Positions 1 to 9,019 of a DNA stretch of 64,000 nt are shown piece by piece. Every line of letters begins with the position of its first letter. Within the stretch, counting starts at the first letter, position 1. This stretch comes from Candidatus Shapirobacteria bacterium. GTDB lineage: Bacteria; Patescibacteriota; Microgenomatia; UBA12405. The translations under genes were made by a program, and so were the position numbers. Under the pieces are notes generated by a model. That model had not been told where the DNA came from. It saw only the letters and a program-made list of their open reading frames with translations, and did no database searches. The DNA is taken from assembly GCA_041659325.1 (NCBI GenBank), contig JBAZYN010000003.1, forward strand, positions 7,296 through 71,295, written 5' to 3'.

Positions 1-353
1 TTTAAATCGCCGATACCGCCTCTATGTGGGTCCTCTAGTGCCCAATAGATTTTCTTGATATTAGTTCTAGCAATAAAAAAACTGCAACCGAAACACGGTT
101 CCAAAGAAGTAAATAAGATATTTTCGCCTGTCGCATCTTTTGATAACGCTAATCCCGATTGCCTAATACAAAGTATCTCTGCGTGAGCAGTAATGTCCTT
201 TTGGGTTGTGTTCTCATTAAACCCTTTAGCAATTATGTTTCCCTGGCTATTTACTATAATTGAGCCAATAGGATAATTGTCTTTTTCAAAACCTTCTTTT
301 GCCAGGTCAATGGATAGCTCCAAGTATTTTCTAATTTGTTCTTCGTTTAGCAT
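1..353 (-). CDS. CDA-fold nucleoside/tRNA adenosine deaminase (TadA-like), C-terminus cut by window edge
   Basis: Manual minus-strand translation from ATG ~353 gives MLNEEQIRKYLELSIDLAKEGFEKDNYPIGSIIVNSQGNIIAKGFNENTTQKDITAHAEILCIRQSGLAL...LFTSLEPCFGCSFFIART... with the HAE and PCxxC zinc motifs of cytidine/tRNA-adenosine deaminases; not in ORF track because it is truncated at position 1. Confidence 0.6.
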   Translation of the reverse strand, partial: MLNEEQIRKYLELSIDLAKEGFEKDNYPIGSIIVNSQGNIIAKGFNENTTQKDITAHAEILCIRQSGLALSKDATGENILFTSLEPCFGCSFFIARTNIKKIYWALEDPHRGGIGDL

Positions 354-356
354 AGG

Positions 357-827
357 TTATTTTAATTGGCTTATCTTTTTAACAACGCTTGCATTATCCA
401 AAAATTGAATTGTATTCAATCCAGCCCGGGAAGCGGCTTGTATGATTGTTTGACTATCGTCTATATAAATAACCTCATTCGGATTTTTAGCTAATTTTTT
501 AGTCAGGGAAACATAGGCTTGCGGGTCTTTTTTTGATACTCCCATTACTTCTGCCGATAAAATACCTCTAAAAATCCCTGCTATCCTAGTTTTTATCTCT
601 TTGGCGTTTTGGATTGAACCAGAAGTAAAAATATAAAGATCAAACTTTTTCTTAATTGTTTCAAGGTAAGCGAGTAGTTCTTCGTTTAACTCAAAATAGT
701 CCAAAAATGCATAGTTTGGATTTTCTGCAAGAAGCTTCTTGTGCAAAGGATTTAAGTCTTCTTTATAGACCTTATCCTTGGCAAATAATAAAACTCGGGA
801 AAAATCAAAAATTATCGTGTTAATCAT
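357..827 (-). CDS. HAD-superfamily hydrolase (phosphatase-like)
   Basis: N-terminal IIFDFSRVL (motif I-like) and C-terminal IYIDDSQTIIQAASRAGL (motif IV-like); 156 aa; start abuts stop of upstream gene. Confidence 0.5.
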   Translation of the reverse strand: MINTIIFDFSRVLLFAKDKVYKEDLNPLHKKLLAENPNYAFLDYFELNEELLAYLETIKKKFDLYIFTSGSIQNAKEIKTRIAGIFRGILSAEVMGVSKKDPQAYVSLTKKLAKNPNEVIYIDDSQTIIQAASRAGLNTIQFLDNASVVKKISQLK

Positions 828-828
828 A

Positions 829-1641
829 TTATTGTCTTGGCTTTTTTAAGAGGTCTAAAACAAAATTAAATTTATCACCTTTAATAATTGTTGCTCCCGT
901 GCCAGGTAGAGCTATATAGTCTTGAAGTTTCAGCTCCTCACCTTTATCGTCATAGACCTTTCCGCCAAATGCTCTACAAGCAACTGCGGCAGGTATAATA
1001 TCCCACAAACCAGCAATTTGAACCCGGTGAACTGTGATTGCCGATTTGTGTGGGTTTATGACTGTATAGAGAGATTTTAGCCCTAATGCGGCTTGTTTTA
1101 TTATACTTACACCAGACATATTTATAAGTTCCCGTTCAATAAAATCGCCAGGTCTTTGGTCAACATATATCGCATATTCTTGTGAGTATCCCCGAGTATT
1201 GTTTTCCCTAATTAAGTTATCTGGATTGTTACCGTCTATAAGAATCTTTTCTTTTGTTATAAAGTTGTAGCAAGCACCAAAAGTGGGGATACCATTTTCT
1301 ACTAAGCCTAAAAGGAGACAGAAGTCGCTTGCTGCACCTAAATCCTCTTTAAGAAAATCTGTGATATCACCTTTATCTATGGCCTTGTTAACATATTCCA
1401 GATAACCCAAAGTTCCGTCAATCGGATCAATAGTTAAATAGTTGCCCGACTTCACAATTTCCAGGACTTTGTCTCCTTCCTCCGGAACAACTTGTAAATT
1501 ATTGCTTTGTGCGATTTTTACCAATCTATTTTCTATTTGCTTATCGCAGTGTGTGACTACACTTTTGTCTGCCTTATGTTCCGCACTTATGGGAGTATTA
1601 AGAGTGAAATCCAGAAGCTCGTCTGAGGCTTCTACAATCAT
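829..1641 (-). CDS. inositol monophosphatase / CysQ-family phosphatase
   Basis: DPIDGT motif and downstream WD motif typical of IMPase/FBPase/CysQ fold; 270 aa. Confidence 0.65.
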   Translation of the reverse strand: MIVEASDELLDFTLNTPISAEHKADKSVVTHCDKQIENRLVKIAQSNNLQVVPEEGDKVLEIVKSGNYLTIDPIDGTLGYLEYVNKAIDKGDITDFLKEDLGAASDFCLLLGLVENGIPTFGACYNFITKEKILIDGNNPDNLIRENNTRGYSQEYAIYVDQRPGDFIERELINMSGVSIIKQAALGLKSLYTVINPHKSAITVHRVQIAGLWDIIPAAVACRAFGGKVYDDKGEELKLQDYIALPGTGATIIKGDKFNFVLDLLKKPRQ

Positions 1642-1740
1642 TTGGTTAAATAGCGAAAATGCTTGGTCTTTGGTCGTAGATTAGATTATAAACTACTTTA
1701 ATCTATACCAAGGCTCCTTTGTCTTGGTTTCCTACTCTGA

Positions 1741-1876
1741 AGTTTCCACCTTCACTTGAGTTTCGACGGACGGACGAATGAGTCAATCAGGACCGCTGAG
1801 GGTGGGAACTGCTTAATTTATCCGGACTGAATCACAAGGTAAGATAACTCACGAACAGTGGAATGATTTTAGGACT
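1741..1876. repeat. dispersed GC-rich intergenic repeat family (core CGGCGGACGAAT..GAGTCAATCAGGAC, 3-prime box GGAATGATTTTnGAACT)
   Basis: Related copies at ~2707-2795, 3247-3310, 10028-10117, 11196-11290, 12440-12545, 17760-17830, 44900-45011, 55985-56030, 61861-61890; a second sub-family CTCAGGACAAGYCCTTCGAC at 45620-45700, 46230-46300, 57087-57190 (tandem x4). Confidence 0.6.
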
Positions 1877-2365
1877 ATGCCAAATTGGAAACAGTAATGT
1901 TTACTGTTTCCTCGACTGATTTCACTGAAACATCAATTACCTTTCCATATACAAAACCTGAAACCAATATATAGACGGCAGTGGTAGCAACAGTACCGTA
2001 AGATTTTTGTCGGTGTGAATCCCTTTGGATGCAAACGCGTAGGGGAGCTGTCAGGGTGAAAACAAAATTTTTCGGGAAGTTTTTTATCAGGTCTTCTATC
2101 TGATTACGATGATAAAAATTCCCGTCAACCACAACCGATATTCCATTTTTGATAGTTTGTTTTATTTTGGGAAGAATATATTCGTTGACCTTTAAAAAAC
2201 TTTTTAATGGGATGCAGCCTTGTTTTTCGTCTATATTGTCAAGATTTTTTTCCAAAAGAACGTCATCAACAGAAATATAATCTCCGTTTATACTTTTTGC
2301 TATTTTTTGGCAATGGTTGATTTACCAATCCCCAACGGACCTCTGATGATTATTAGTGAGCCCAT
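1875..2365 (-). pseudogene. P-loop NTPase/kinase (AAA_33-like) interrupted by -1 frameshift in a 6-nt homopolymer
   Basis: Minus-strand ATG ~2365 encodes MGSLIIIRGPLGIGKSTIAKK then stops (TAG). One extra A in the A6 run (plus-strand T run ~2303-2308) restores a continuous ~163-aa protein ...IAKKIAKSINGDYISVDDVLLEKNLDNIDEKQ... joining ORF 1875..2255. Confidence 0.5.
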
Positions 2366-2434
2366 GACTGATTATACATAAGTTCGAAAATCGCTCCGGA
2401 TGCTCCACCGCTGCGGACCAGGTTAGTACTTGTT

Positions 2435-2707
2435 TTGTTTAGTTTTGTGATAGACTTCAGTATGACAGAGGTTAAAAATGTTCTTTGTGTATGGAACGTT
2501 TCTGAATGGGACAACGAGCACAAAAGGGCATTGGGGCAGGCGGTAGGAGAAGGGTTGGCTACCGCTTCTATATCATCCGAAGGCCTAGCGACAGTAGTGG
2601 CAAGGGAGGATGTATACCCTCAATTATACCGTAGGATGACTCAAATTTTGAACGAACCGGGCGTACCGATAGCGCCAGCAGCTGAGGCGCCCAAATCAAG
2701 GCAGTAG
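2435..2707 (+). CDS. hypothetical protein (doubtful; GC-rich segment overlapping dispersed repeat)
   Basis: 90-aa ORF only; local GC higher than flanks; a 7-bp hairpin gcggtag...ctaccgc lies inside; could be non-coding. Confidence 0.2.
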   Translation: MFSFVIDFSMTEVKNVLCVWNVSEWDNEHKRALGQAVGEGLATASISSEGLATVVAREDVYPQLYRRMTQILNEPGVPIAPAAEAPKSRQ

Positions 2708-2810
2708 CGGAAGCTGAAGTTTCTACCTACACTTAAGTTTCGGCGGACAAGCCGGCGGACCAGACGAATCAATCTGAGCTGATGTTTACGAATGGTTGTA
2801 TAATCTGCCC

Positions 2811-3221
2811 ATGAATAATAAACTACCTCCTTGTTGTTATAGGGTATCGATTAAGGCATTGATATTTAAGGATGAGAAAATACTTTTGATAAAAGAAGCT
2901 GATGGCAGGTGGAGTTTACCTGGTGGAGGACTAGAGGTTGGAGAATCGTTTTCATCAGCGGTTACAAGAGAGTTGGAGGAAGAAATTGGTGTGAAAGCAA
3001 CAAAAGTTTCCTCTCAACCTTTATACACCTGGACGCTTGTAAGTGTTAATAAACACGGTAATTTAGTTCCTAAAGTAATTTTGGCTTTTGTTGTTGAAAC
3101 AGATTCTTTTAATTTCAAGAATGATTCTAGTGAAAGTGTTGAAATAAATTTCTTTTCAAAATTAGAAATACTAACATTGGACTTACATCCAAACGCGCAG
3201 GAATTATGTAAAGTTCTCTAG
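2811..3221 (+). CDS. NUDIX hydrolase
   Basis: Nudix box LPGGGLEVGESFSSAVTRELEEEIGV; start moved to ATG 2811 because a TATAAT box ends 6 nt upstream (leaderless pattern); ATG 2796 lies upstream of that box. Confidence 0.8.
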   Translation: MNNKLPPCCYRVSIKALIFKDEKILLIKEADGRWSLPGGGLEVGESFSSAVTRELEEEIGVKATKVSSQPLYTWTLVSVNKHGNLVPKVILAFVVETDSFNFKNDSSESVEINFFSKLEILTLDLHPNAQELCKVL

Positions 3222-3355
3222 TTTATGACTGGGTATAAAAAGTTGGAACCTGTGCGTTAAAGCTACGGCGGACGAATTAGTCAATCAGGACCTGAACGAG
3301 CGGGAGATTAAATCTGAAAAAACATAAATTCGTAAATTTATGATAGCCTAAGTTG

Positions 3356-5488
3356 ATGTCGCGCGACCTATCCGGTTTGTTTAATCCAAAATCAATTGCG
3401 GTAATCGGGGCATCCCGGTCGCCTAAAAAACTCGGGGCGATAGTTCTCAAAAACATAAATATCTCCGGTTTTTCAGGCCGGGTGTATCCGGTTAATCCTA
3501 ATGTTTACAATGTCGGCCCGGTGAAATTTTACCCGGATGTGGCTAGTCTACCGGAAGTACCTGATTTGGCGGTGATTGCGATTCCCGCGGGAGGAGTTTT
3601 GGGGGTATTGGAAGAATGCGGAAAGGCGGGGATTAAAAATATTGTCATATTTTCGGCCGGATTTAAGGAAGCCGGAGAAGAGGGCCAGGCACTGGAAAAA
3701 CAACTAATCGCGATTGCGACTTATTACAAATTTAATATTCTGGGGCCAAATTGCCTGGGTTTTGCCTCGACTGTCCCCCCGCTTAACGTGACTTTTGGCC
3801 AGGTTATCAAAAACCGCAGTAGTTTAAGATTTATATCCCAATCGGGGGCTTTGGCCTCAAGCTTGTTTGATTGGTGCCAGTCGACCGGTCTCGGTTTTAA
3901 CAGTTTTATAACTATCGGCAACAAAGCGGTAGTTAATGAAAACGATATTTTGGAATATTGGCTGCCACAACTGGGCAAGAGTAGCGAGACAACACGACCG
4001 GTGGGTTTATATCTTGAGTCAATCGTGTCGGGCCAGGATTTTATTAAAACCGTAAAACAAATTACCCCCCACAATCCCGTATTTATTTTGAAACCAGGCA
4101 GGTCGGCGGCGGCGGTAGAAGCGATGCGTTCACACACCGGGGCTATTGCCGGAGAAGATAGAGTGCTTCGGGCGGCTCTGGCTGAAGCCGGGGCGATTCA
4201 TTGCCAGGAACTGGGTGATTTTTTTGATTTGGCTCAGGCGTTGGCGTGGAAAAACGCTCCCCGCGGCCCACAAGTAGCCATAGTTTCAAACGCCGGCGGG
4301 CCGGCGGTAATGACAACTGATACGGTGGCTGACTGCGGGTTGGAAATGGCTAAGTTTAGCCGTGCTACCCACCAAAAATTATTGGAGTGCCTACCCCGGG
4401 TGGCCTCGGCGCTTAACCCGGTAGATGTTTTGGGTGACGCACTGGCGCAGCGGTTTGGAGAAGCTTTGGAAATAATTTTGCAGGAAAAAACAGCCCACGC
4501 GATAGTAGCGTTACTAACGCCGCAACTGATGACGCAGATCGAAAAAACGGCCGAAATAATCGGAAAACTATCGGCCAGATACTCTCAGCCAATCTTTTGC
4601 TCGTTTATAGGCGGCTATCATACGGTTGACGGCAAAAAAATACTCAATCAATATAAAATTCCGAATTATTCTTATCCTGAAAGAGCAATTAAAGTGATCG
4701 CCAAAATGTGGCAATGGCAAAACTGGCGCAAACACAGGTCGGTATCCCGTCTTTCGGGACGACTGTTAACGGAAAATCTGCCGGGGGTGGAAAAAATTCT
4801 TAATCAAGCAGTAGCGGCAAAATTACCAACGCTTGATAATCTACAAGCTGACAGATTGATGGGGATGATCAAAGTGCCCACTCCCCCGACTGAAGTTATC
4901 ACTTCTGTAAACCAGGCGGTAATTTTTGGCCGAAAGTACGGTTGGCCGGTGGTTTTGAAATTATCGTCGGTGGGACTTTTGCACAAATCAAATGTGGGCG
5001 GGGTGATTGTGGGCATTAAGTCGGCCCGGGAACTTACCAATGACTTTAATAAGCTTGTCCGCAAGACAGCTAAACTGAAAAAAGAAAATGGGCAAGAGAC
5101 GGGAATCCAGATTCAGAAACAAGTGGTGGGGGGAATTGAAATAATATTCGGGATTCGACGTGATGCCTGTTTTGGGCATATCTTTTTGTTTGGCGCCGGA
5201 GGCAAGTATGCTGAAGTTTTGGATGACCATAACTTGGGATTGTTGCCCATTACTTTGGAAAAAGCCAAAAAGTTGGTGGCGAGGAGCAAAATATTTAAAA
5301 TGTTGTCGGGGTATCGGGATGATCCGCCGTATAACCTCAGCAGACTTTATGAAATTATGATGACTCTGGGGCAACTGGTAACTAGCTATCCACAGATTAA
5401 GGAAATTGAAGTTAACCCAATGATTATTACTCACAAAGGGGTTTGGGCGGTGGATCCCAAAGTTATACTGAATCAGGAAAATAATTGA
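3356..5488 (+). CDS. acetyl-CoA synthetase (ADP-forming) / NDP-forming acyl-CoA synthetase, fused alpha-beta
   Basis: N-terminal CoA-binding motif PKSIAVIGASRSPKKLGAIV, succinyl-CoA-synthetase-like middle, C-terminal ATP-grasp (VVLKLSSVGLLHKSNVGGV); 710 aa. Confidence 0.8.
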   Translation: MSRDLSGLFNPKSIAVIGASRSPKKLGAIVLKNINISGFSGRVYPVNPNVYNVGPVKFYPDVASLPEVPDLAVIAIPAGGVLGVLEECGKAGIKNIVIFSAGFKEAGEEGQALEKQLIAIATYYKFNILGPNCLGFASTVPPLNVTFGQVIKNRSSLRFISQSGALASSLFDWCQSTGLGFNSFITIGNKAVVNENDILEYWLPQLGKSSETTRPVGLYLESIVSGQDFIKTVKQITPHNPVFILKPGRSAAAVEAMRSHTGAIAGEDRVLRAALAEAGAIHCQELGDFFDLAQALAWKNAPRGPQVAIVSNAGGPAVMTTDTVADCGLEMAKFSRATHQKLLECLPRVASALNPVDVLGDALAQRFGEALEIILQEKTAHAIVALLTPQLMTQIEKTAEIIGKLSARYSQPIFCSFIGGYHTVDGKKILNQYKIPNYSYPERAIKVIAKMWQWQNWRKHRSVSRLSGRLLTENLPGVEKILNQAVAAKLPTLDNLQADRLMGMIKVPTPPTEVITSVNQAVIFGRKYGWPVVLKLSSVGLLHKSNVGGVIVGIKSARELTNDFNKLVRKTAKLKKENGQETGIQIQKQVVGGIEIIFGIRRDACFGHIFLFGAGGKYAEVLDDHNLGLLPITLEKAKKLVARSKIFKMLSGYRDDPPYNLSRLYEIMMTLGQLVTSYPQIKEIEVNPMIITHKGVWAVDPKVILNQENN

Positions 5489-5497
5489 CAGGTCAAT

Positions 5498-6256
5498 CTA
5501 ATACGCCGTCCAACCGGAGTCGGCAGTAATGACGGCCCCGTTTACCAAACTGGAATCATCTGAGGCGAGAAACAAGGCCACTTGGGCGATCTCGAGAGGT
5601 TCACCCATCCGGGGATTATTGCCCACGCCCGACATAGCTCGTTCCATTCCAAATTTATTGGGGTTATCGATGGTTTTGCCGATATTGGTATTGACACCAC
5701 CGGGGGTGATAGCATTGCAGCGGATACCCTCTTTGGCGTATTGAAAACCGATGTTTTTGGTTAACCCGATTACAGCGTGTTTTGAAGCGGTATAGGCGGC
5801 GCCGGCACGTGAACCCTGTAATCCACCAATGGATGAAATATTGATGATATTCCCCTTTTTGTTTTGGGAAAATATCGGCATGGCTTTTCTGATAGTGCGC
5901 ATGGGTCCGGTGAGATTGACACCCAGGACTTTTTCCCAAAGCTCATCGGTAACATCGGCAATAGGGACAAAATTGTCCATAATACCGGCATTGTTGACTA
6001 AAATATCCAGAGTTCCATAAGTCTTGACGGCAGAATCAATAAGGCTGTCCACCTCTTCCTGGCGAGCGACATCGGCGGAAGCGGCAGTGGCAATCCCATG
6101 GGCAGCGGTAATTTCCGAAACTACTTGCCCGACACCTTGCGCGTTGATATCCGAAACAATTACTTTGGCCCCTTCTTTGGCAAATAAAACAGCGATGGCT
6201 CTACCAATACCGCTGGCGGCGCCGGTGACAATGGCAACTTTGTTTTCTAGTTTCAT
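5498..6256 (-). CDS. SDR-family oxidoreductase (FabG-like)
   Basis: TGAASGIGRA Rossmann motif, NNAG, catalytic YTASK; 252 aa. Confidence 0.85.
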   Translation of the reverse strand: MKLENKVAIVTGAASGIGRAIAVLFAKEGAKVIVSDINAQGVGQVVSEITAAHGIATAASADVARQEEVDSLIDSAVKTYGTLDILVNNAGIMDNFVPIADVTDELWEKVLGVNLTGPMRTIRKAMPIFSQNKKGNIINISSIGGLQGSRAGAAYTASKHAVIGLTKNIGFQYAKEGIRCNAITPGGVNTNIGKTIDNPNKFGMERAMSGVGNNPRMGEPLEIAQVALFLASDDSSLVNGAVITADSGWTAY

Positions 6257-6373
6257 TTGGCTAAATCCTTCTGAATGATTAATTATATAAATTTGGACTT
6301 ATTACTAAATAGTAATTTTACACATAATTTTATCTTATTGCAGCGGATGGAAAAAAATTTGCTAGACTAGTCT

Positions 6374-6874
6374 ATGAATTTTGAAAGAATACAGACGATT
6401 GCGATCGAAACGGTGATGGATAGCAAAACAAAAGAAGTGCTTCTGACCCTCGGCTTGGTGGTGATACCGTTTGTGTGGAGCGGGCCACAACTATTGGTTG
6501 GTTCAGTGGTGAACATGTTGTTGTGTTTGACGGCGGCAAATAGTCAGCCGAAAAGTTGGTGGATAAAGGCGGCTTTGCCTAGTTTGGCGGTGGTAGCCCG
6601 CGGAGGATTGTTTAGCTCTTTTACCCCATATCTTTTGTATTTATGGCCAATAATTACGTTAGGGAATTGGGTATTTATGAGTATTGGTCAAAGTAAACTA
6701 AAAGTTTTAGCAAAAATTAAATTGCCGGTGGCGGCTATAACTAAAATGGTGATACTTATGACCGGGGCGACGGTATTGGCTCAACTAAAAATAATACCGG
6801 GGGCCATGGTGGGCAGTATGGGGATAATCCAATTAGTTACGGCTTTAATTGGTGGAATGCTTGCTGCCTTATGA
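6374..6874 (+). CDS. integral membrane protein, unknown function
   Basis: 166 aa, 4-5 predicted hydrophobic helices; stop overlaps start of next gene (ATGA). Confidence 0.4.
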   Translation: MNFERIQTIAIETVMDSKTKEVLLTLGLVVIPFVWSGPQLLVGSVVNMLLCLTAANSQPKSWWIKAALPSLAVVARGGLFSSFTPYLLYLWPIITLGNWVFMSIGQSKLKVLAKIKLPVAAITKMVILMTGATVLAQLKIIPGAMVGSMGIIQLVTALIGGMLAAL

Positions 6875-7668
6875 ATGAAAGTCAGACCTTAACAGAGCTT
6901 CTGAAAAATGGTAGCCCATTGGTGGCGATGTTGGCACCGTCGTTTCCGATTGTTTTTAATCCAAAAACTATTGTTGGGCAATTAAAGCGGGCCGGGTTTC
7001 AGCAAGTGGTTGAGATTTCGGTGGGAGCCAAACGCACCAACGAAATGATTATTGAGGCGCTGAAAAAAGACGAAACTTCCAGATTTATTGCCAGCCCTTG
7101 CCCTAATATTGTCAGAATGATACGAACAAAATTTCCGGAAGCGGTAAAGTATTTGGCCTTAAGCGCTGATTCACCCATGGTGGCCACCACCCGCATAGTT
7201 ATTGAGAAATTCAGCGGTAAACGACCGGTTTTTATCGGCCCGTGTCTGGTAAAGAGACTGGAAGCCGCGCAAGATTATCCGGAACTAAACATTCTTTGTA
7301 TAACCTATAGGGATTTACAACAAATTTTTGCTGATCTAAAAATCGAAGAGGAAGAGAGAGATAAAAATGTAGCGTTTGATTTATCCGGGGAAGAAACCCG
7401 ACTCTATCCTATTTCGGGCGGATTGGCTCAAAGCAGCGGGGTGAGGGATCTTCTAAGTGACGATGATATTGAAGTGGTATCAGGGGCGAAAAATGCAGAG
7501 GAGGCGGTGAAACGGTTTCTTGACTCTGACCATCTCCGGCTTCTTGATATTCTTTTCTGTGAGGGAGGGTGTATCAGCGGCCCGGGAATTGACAGTCCAT
7601 TAACTTTGGAAGAAAGGCGGAAAAAGGTAACTGATTATTGGAACAGACAAGTTGGTCAACTACCGTAA
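6871..7668 (+). CDS. [FeFe]-hydrogenase H-domain-like protein (minimal, HydA/Nar1-like)
   Basis: Collinear with the HydA H-cluster domain: ASPCPNIVRMI (cf TSCCPGW), FIGPCLVKRLEAAQDYPEL (cf MPCTAKKFE..RPEL), LFCEGGCISGPG (cf MACPGGCIGGGG). Only 265 aa, no ferredoxin-like N-domain, one Cys of the CC pair missing. Confidence 0.55.
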   Translation: MNESQTLTELLKNGSPLVAMLAPSFPIVFNPKTIVGQLKRAGFQQVVEISVGAKRTNEMIIEALKKDETSRFIASPCPNIVRMIRTKFPEAVKYLALSADSPMVATTRIVIEKFSGKRPVFIGPCLVKRLEAAQDYPELNILCITYRDLQQIFADLKIEEEERDKNVAFDLSGEETRLYPISGGLAQSSGVRDLLSDDDIEVVSGAKNAEEAVKRFLDSDHLRLLDILFCEGGCISGPGIDSPLTLEERRKKVTDYWNRQVGQLP

Positions 7669-8652
7669 ATATTTTTCAATATTGTGAAGATGCTCTTTGT
7701 AGGTAGGGGCGCAATGAATCTGCCGGTTATTGTCATGAATATAATATAAACAATCGGTGTCTGTCGGGTTTAAGACAGCTTCGATGGCATCTATCCCGGG
7801 ATTACTAATCGGGTGAGGAGGCAACCCTTTGTATTTATAGGTATTGTAGGGAGAATCGATATTCTTAATATCGCTAGATTTTATGGGTGACCACCAACCT
7901 TCGTCGGTTTTGCCCCGGGCGTATTGCACCGTGGCATCGATCTCCAGCTTCATATCTTCTTTCAAAAGCCTGTTCCAAAGTATTCCGGCAATAAGGGGCA
8001 TATCAGCTTTGCCCGCCGCTTCCCTCTGAATTATGGAGGCAAGTCGAAGCCCGGTGGTCCAAATAATATTTTGTTTGGCAAACTGTGGGAGGTAGGGATC
8101 GAATTTTTGGTTGAAACGATTGATCATCCGGTTGGCAATATCCAGCCCACTTTCCCCAACGGGGATAAGATAGGTGTCGGGGAAATATACCCCCTCATGA
8201 TAATCGAGTTTCATGGCGGTATAGACGGTGTTCCATTTGTCTAGATCGTCGGAGGTCCAATTGAAAGTTTTTGTAAAAATTTCGCCAATTTCTTCTTTTC
8301 TTAACCCTTCGGGGATAATCACCCATTTCATATCGGGCGATGTGGTAAGTTTATCCGCCACCCGCCAGACATTCATGTTTTTTGAAAGGAAATATCCTCC
8401 CGGCTCGATTTGGTTGTGTTTATTTTTTATATACAAGACTAAGTTGAAAGCCAGAGGACTGCGGATAAACCCCTGACTTTTTAATTTGTCGATTATCACC
8501 GATTCGGCTGATTTCAAGGTAACAGTGAAAACTTGGGTGTTTTGAGTTTTTGGCACTGGAGCGCCAAAAAACATGAAGTAGGTAACAGACAAACTTACAC
8601 CAACAGTGAGAAATAATCCTGCGATTATTAAGACAATTTTATACTTCGTCAA
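7660..8652 (-). CDS. mltG: endolytic murein transglycosylase MltG/YceG family
   Basis: N-terminal TM helix then YceG-like domain (..WVIIPEGLRKEEIGEIF.., GLPPHPISNPG); TTG start preceded by TATAAT 7 nt upstream. Confidence 0.65.
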   Translation of the reverse strand: MTKYKIVLIIAGLFLTVGVSLSVTYFMFFGAPVPKTQNTQVFTVTLKSAESVIIDKLKSQGFIRSPLAFNLVLYIKNKHNQIEPGGYFLSKNMNVWRVADKLTTSPDMKWVIIPEGLRKEEIGEIFTKTFNWTSDDLDKWNTVYTAMKLDYHEGVYFPDTYLIPVGESGLDIANRMINRFNQKFDPYLPQFAKQNIIWTTGLRLASIIQREAAGKADMPLIAGILWNRLLKEDMKLEIDATVQYARGKTDEGWWSPIKSSDIKNIDSPYNTYKYKGLPPHPISNPGIDAIEAVLNPTDTDCLYYIHDNNRQIHCAPTYKEHLHNIEKYLR

Positions 8653-8712
8653 ATATCTTATTATATATGCCCGGTGAGTAGTCTCCTACACTGAAGTTAC
8701 TACGGGCTGCTT

Positions 8713-8913
8713 TTATTCTTGGTGAATTCCTAAATTTTGTACTATTTCTCTCCTTTGGACAAAAGTGGCTTCGCCTTCTGCCATTGGCATTGGTCTGAAG
8801 CCAAATTTATCTTGTAAATTTTGCGCCCTTTTAGGATCAGTTACCATTGCTATGGTACCTCCATCATTGATAAGAAACACTTGGAATGAACTTCCCGTTA
8901 TTTTCTCATACAT
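8713..8913 (-). CDS. hypothetical small protein
   Basis: 66-aa ORF in AT-rich spacer; no recognisable motif. Confidence 0.25.
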   Translation of the reverse strand: MYEKITGSSFQVFLINDGGTIAMVTDPKRAQNLQDKFGFRPMPMAEGEATFVQRREIVQNLGIHQE

Positions 8914-9019
8914 AATTTATTGTAGCAATAATTTTATTATATTCAAGATTTTACTTAACTTTCCGGTATATGCAACGTTCTGCTACTTTAGAACTATTCG
9001 GTATGGATTATAATTATTT

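Noticed and set aside
1442-1684. 80-aa plus-strand ORF
   Set aside because: Lies entirely antisense inside the well-supported IMPase-family gene; no motif; typical shadow ORF.
3724-5434. Several antisense ORFs (3724..4137, 4804..5064, 4988..5434, 5160..5360) inside the acetyl-CoA synthetase gene
   Set aside because: All overlap a long conserved CDS on the other strand or frame; composition artefacts of the GC-richer coding region.
5529-6278. Cluster of short ORFs (5529..5744, 5582..5764, 5664..5939, 5770..5991, 5829..6020, 6024..6278) over the SDR gene
   Set aside because: Shadow ORFs of the SDR reductase gene; none has start context or motifs.
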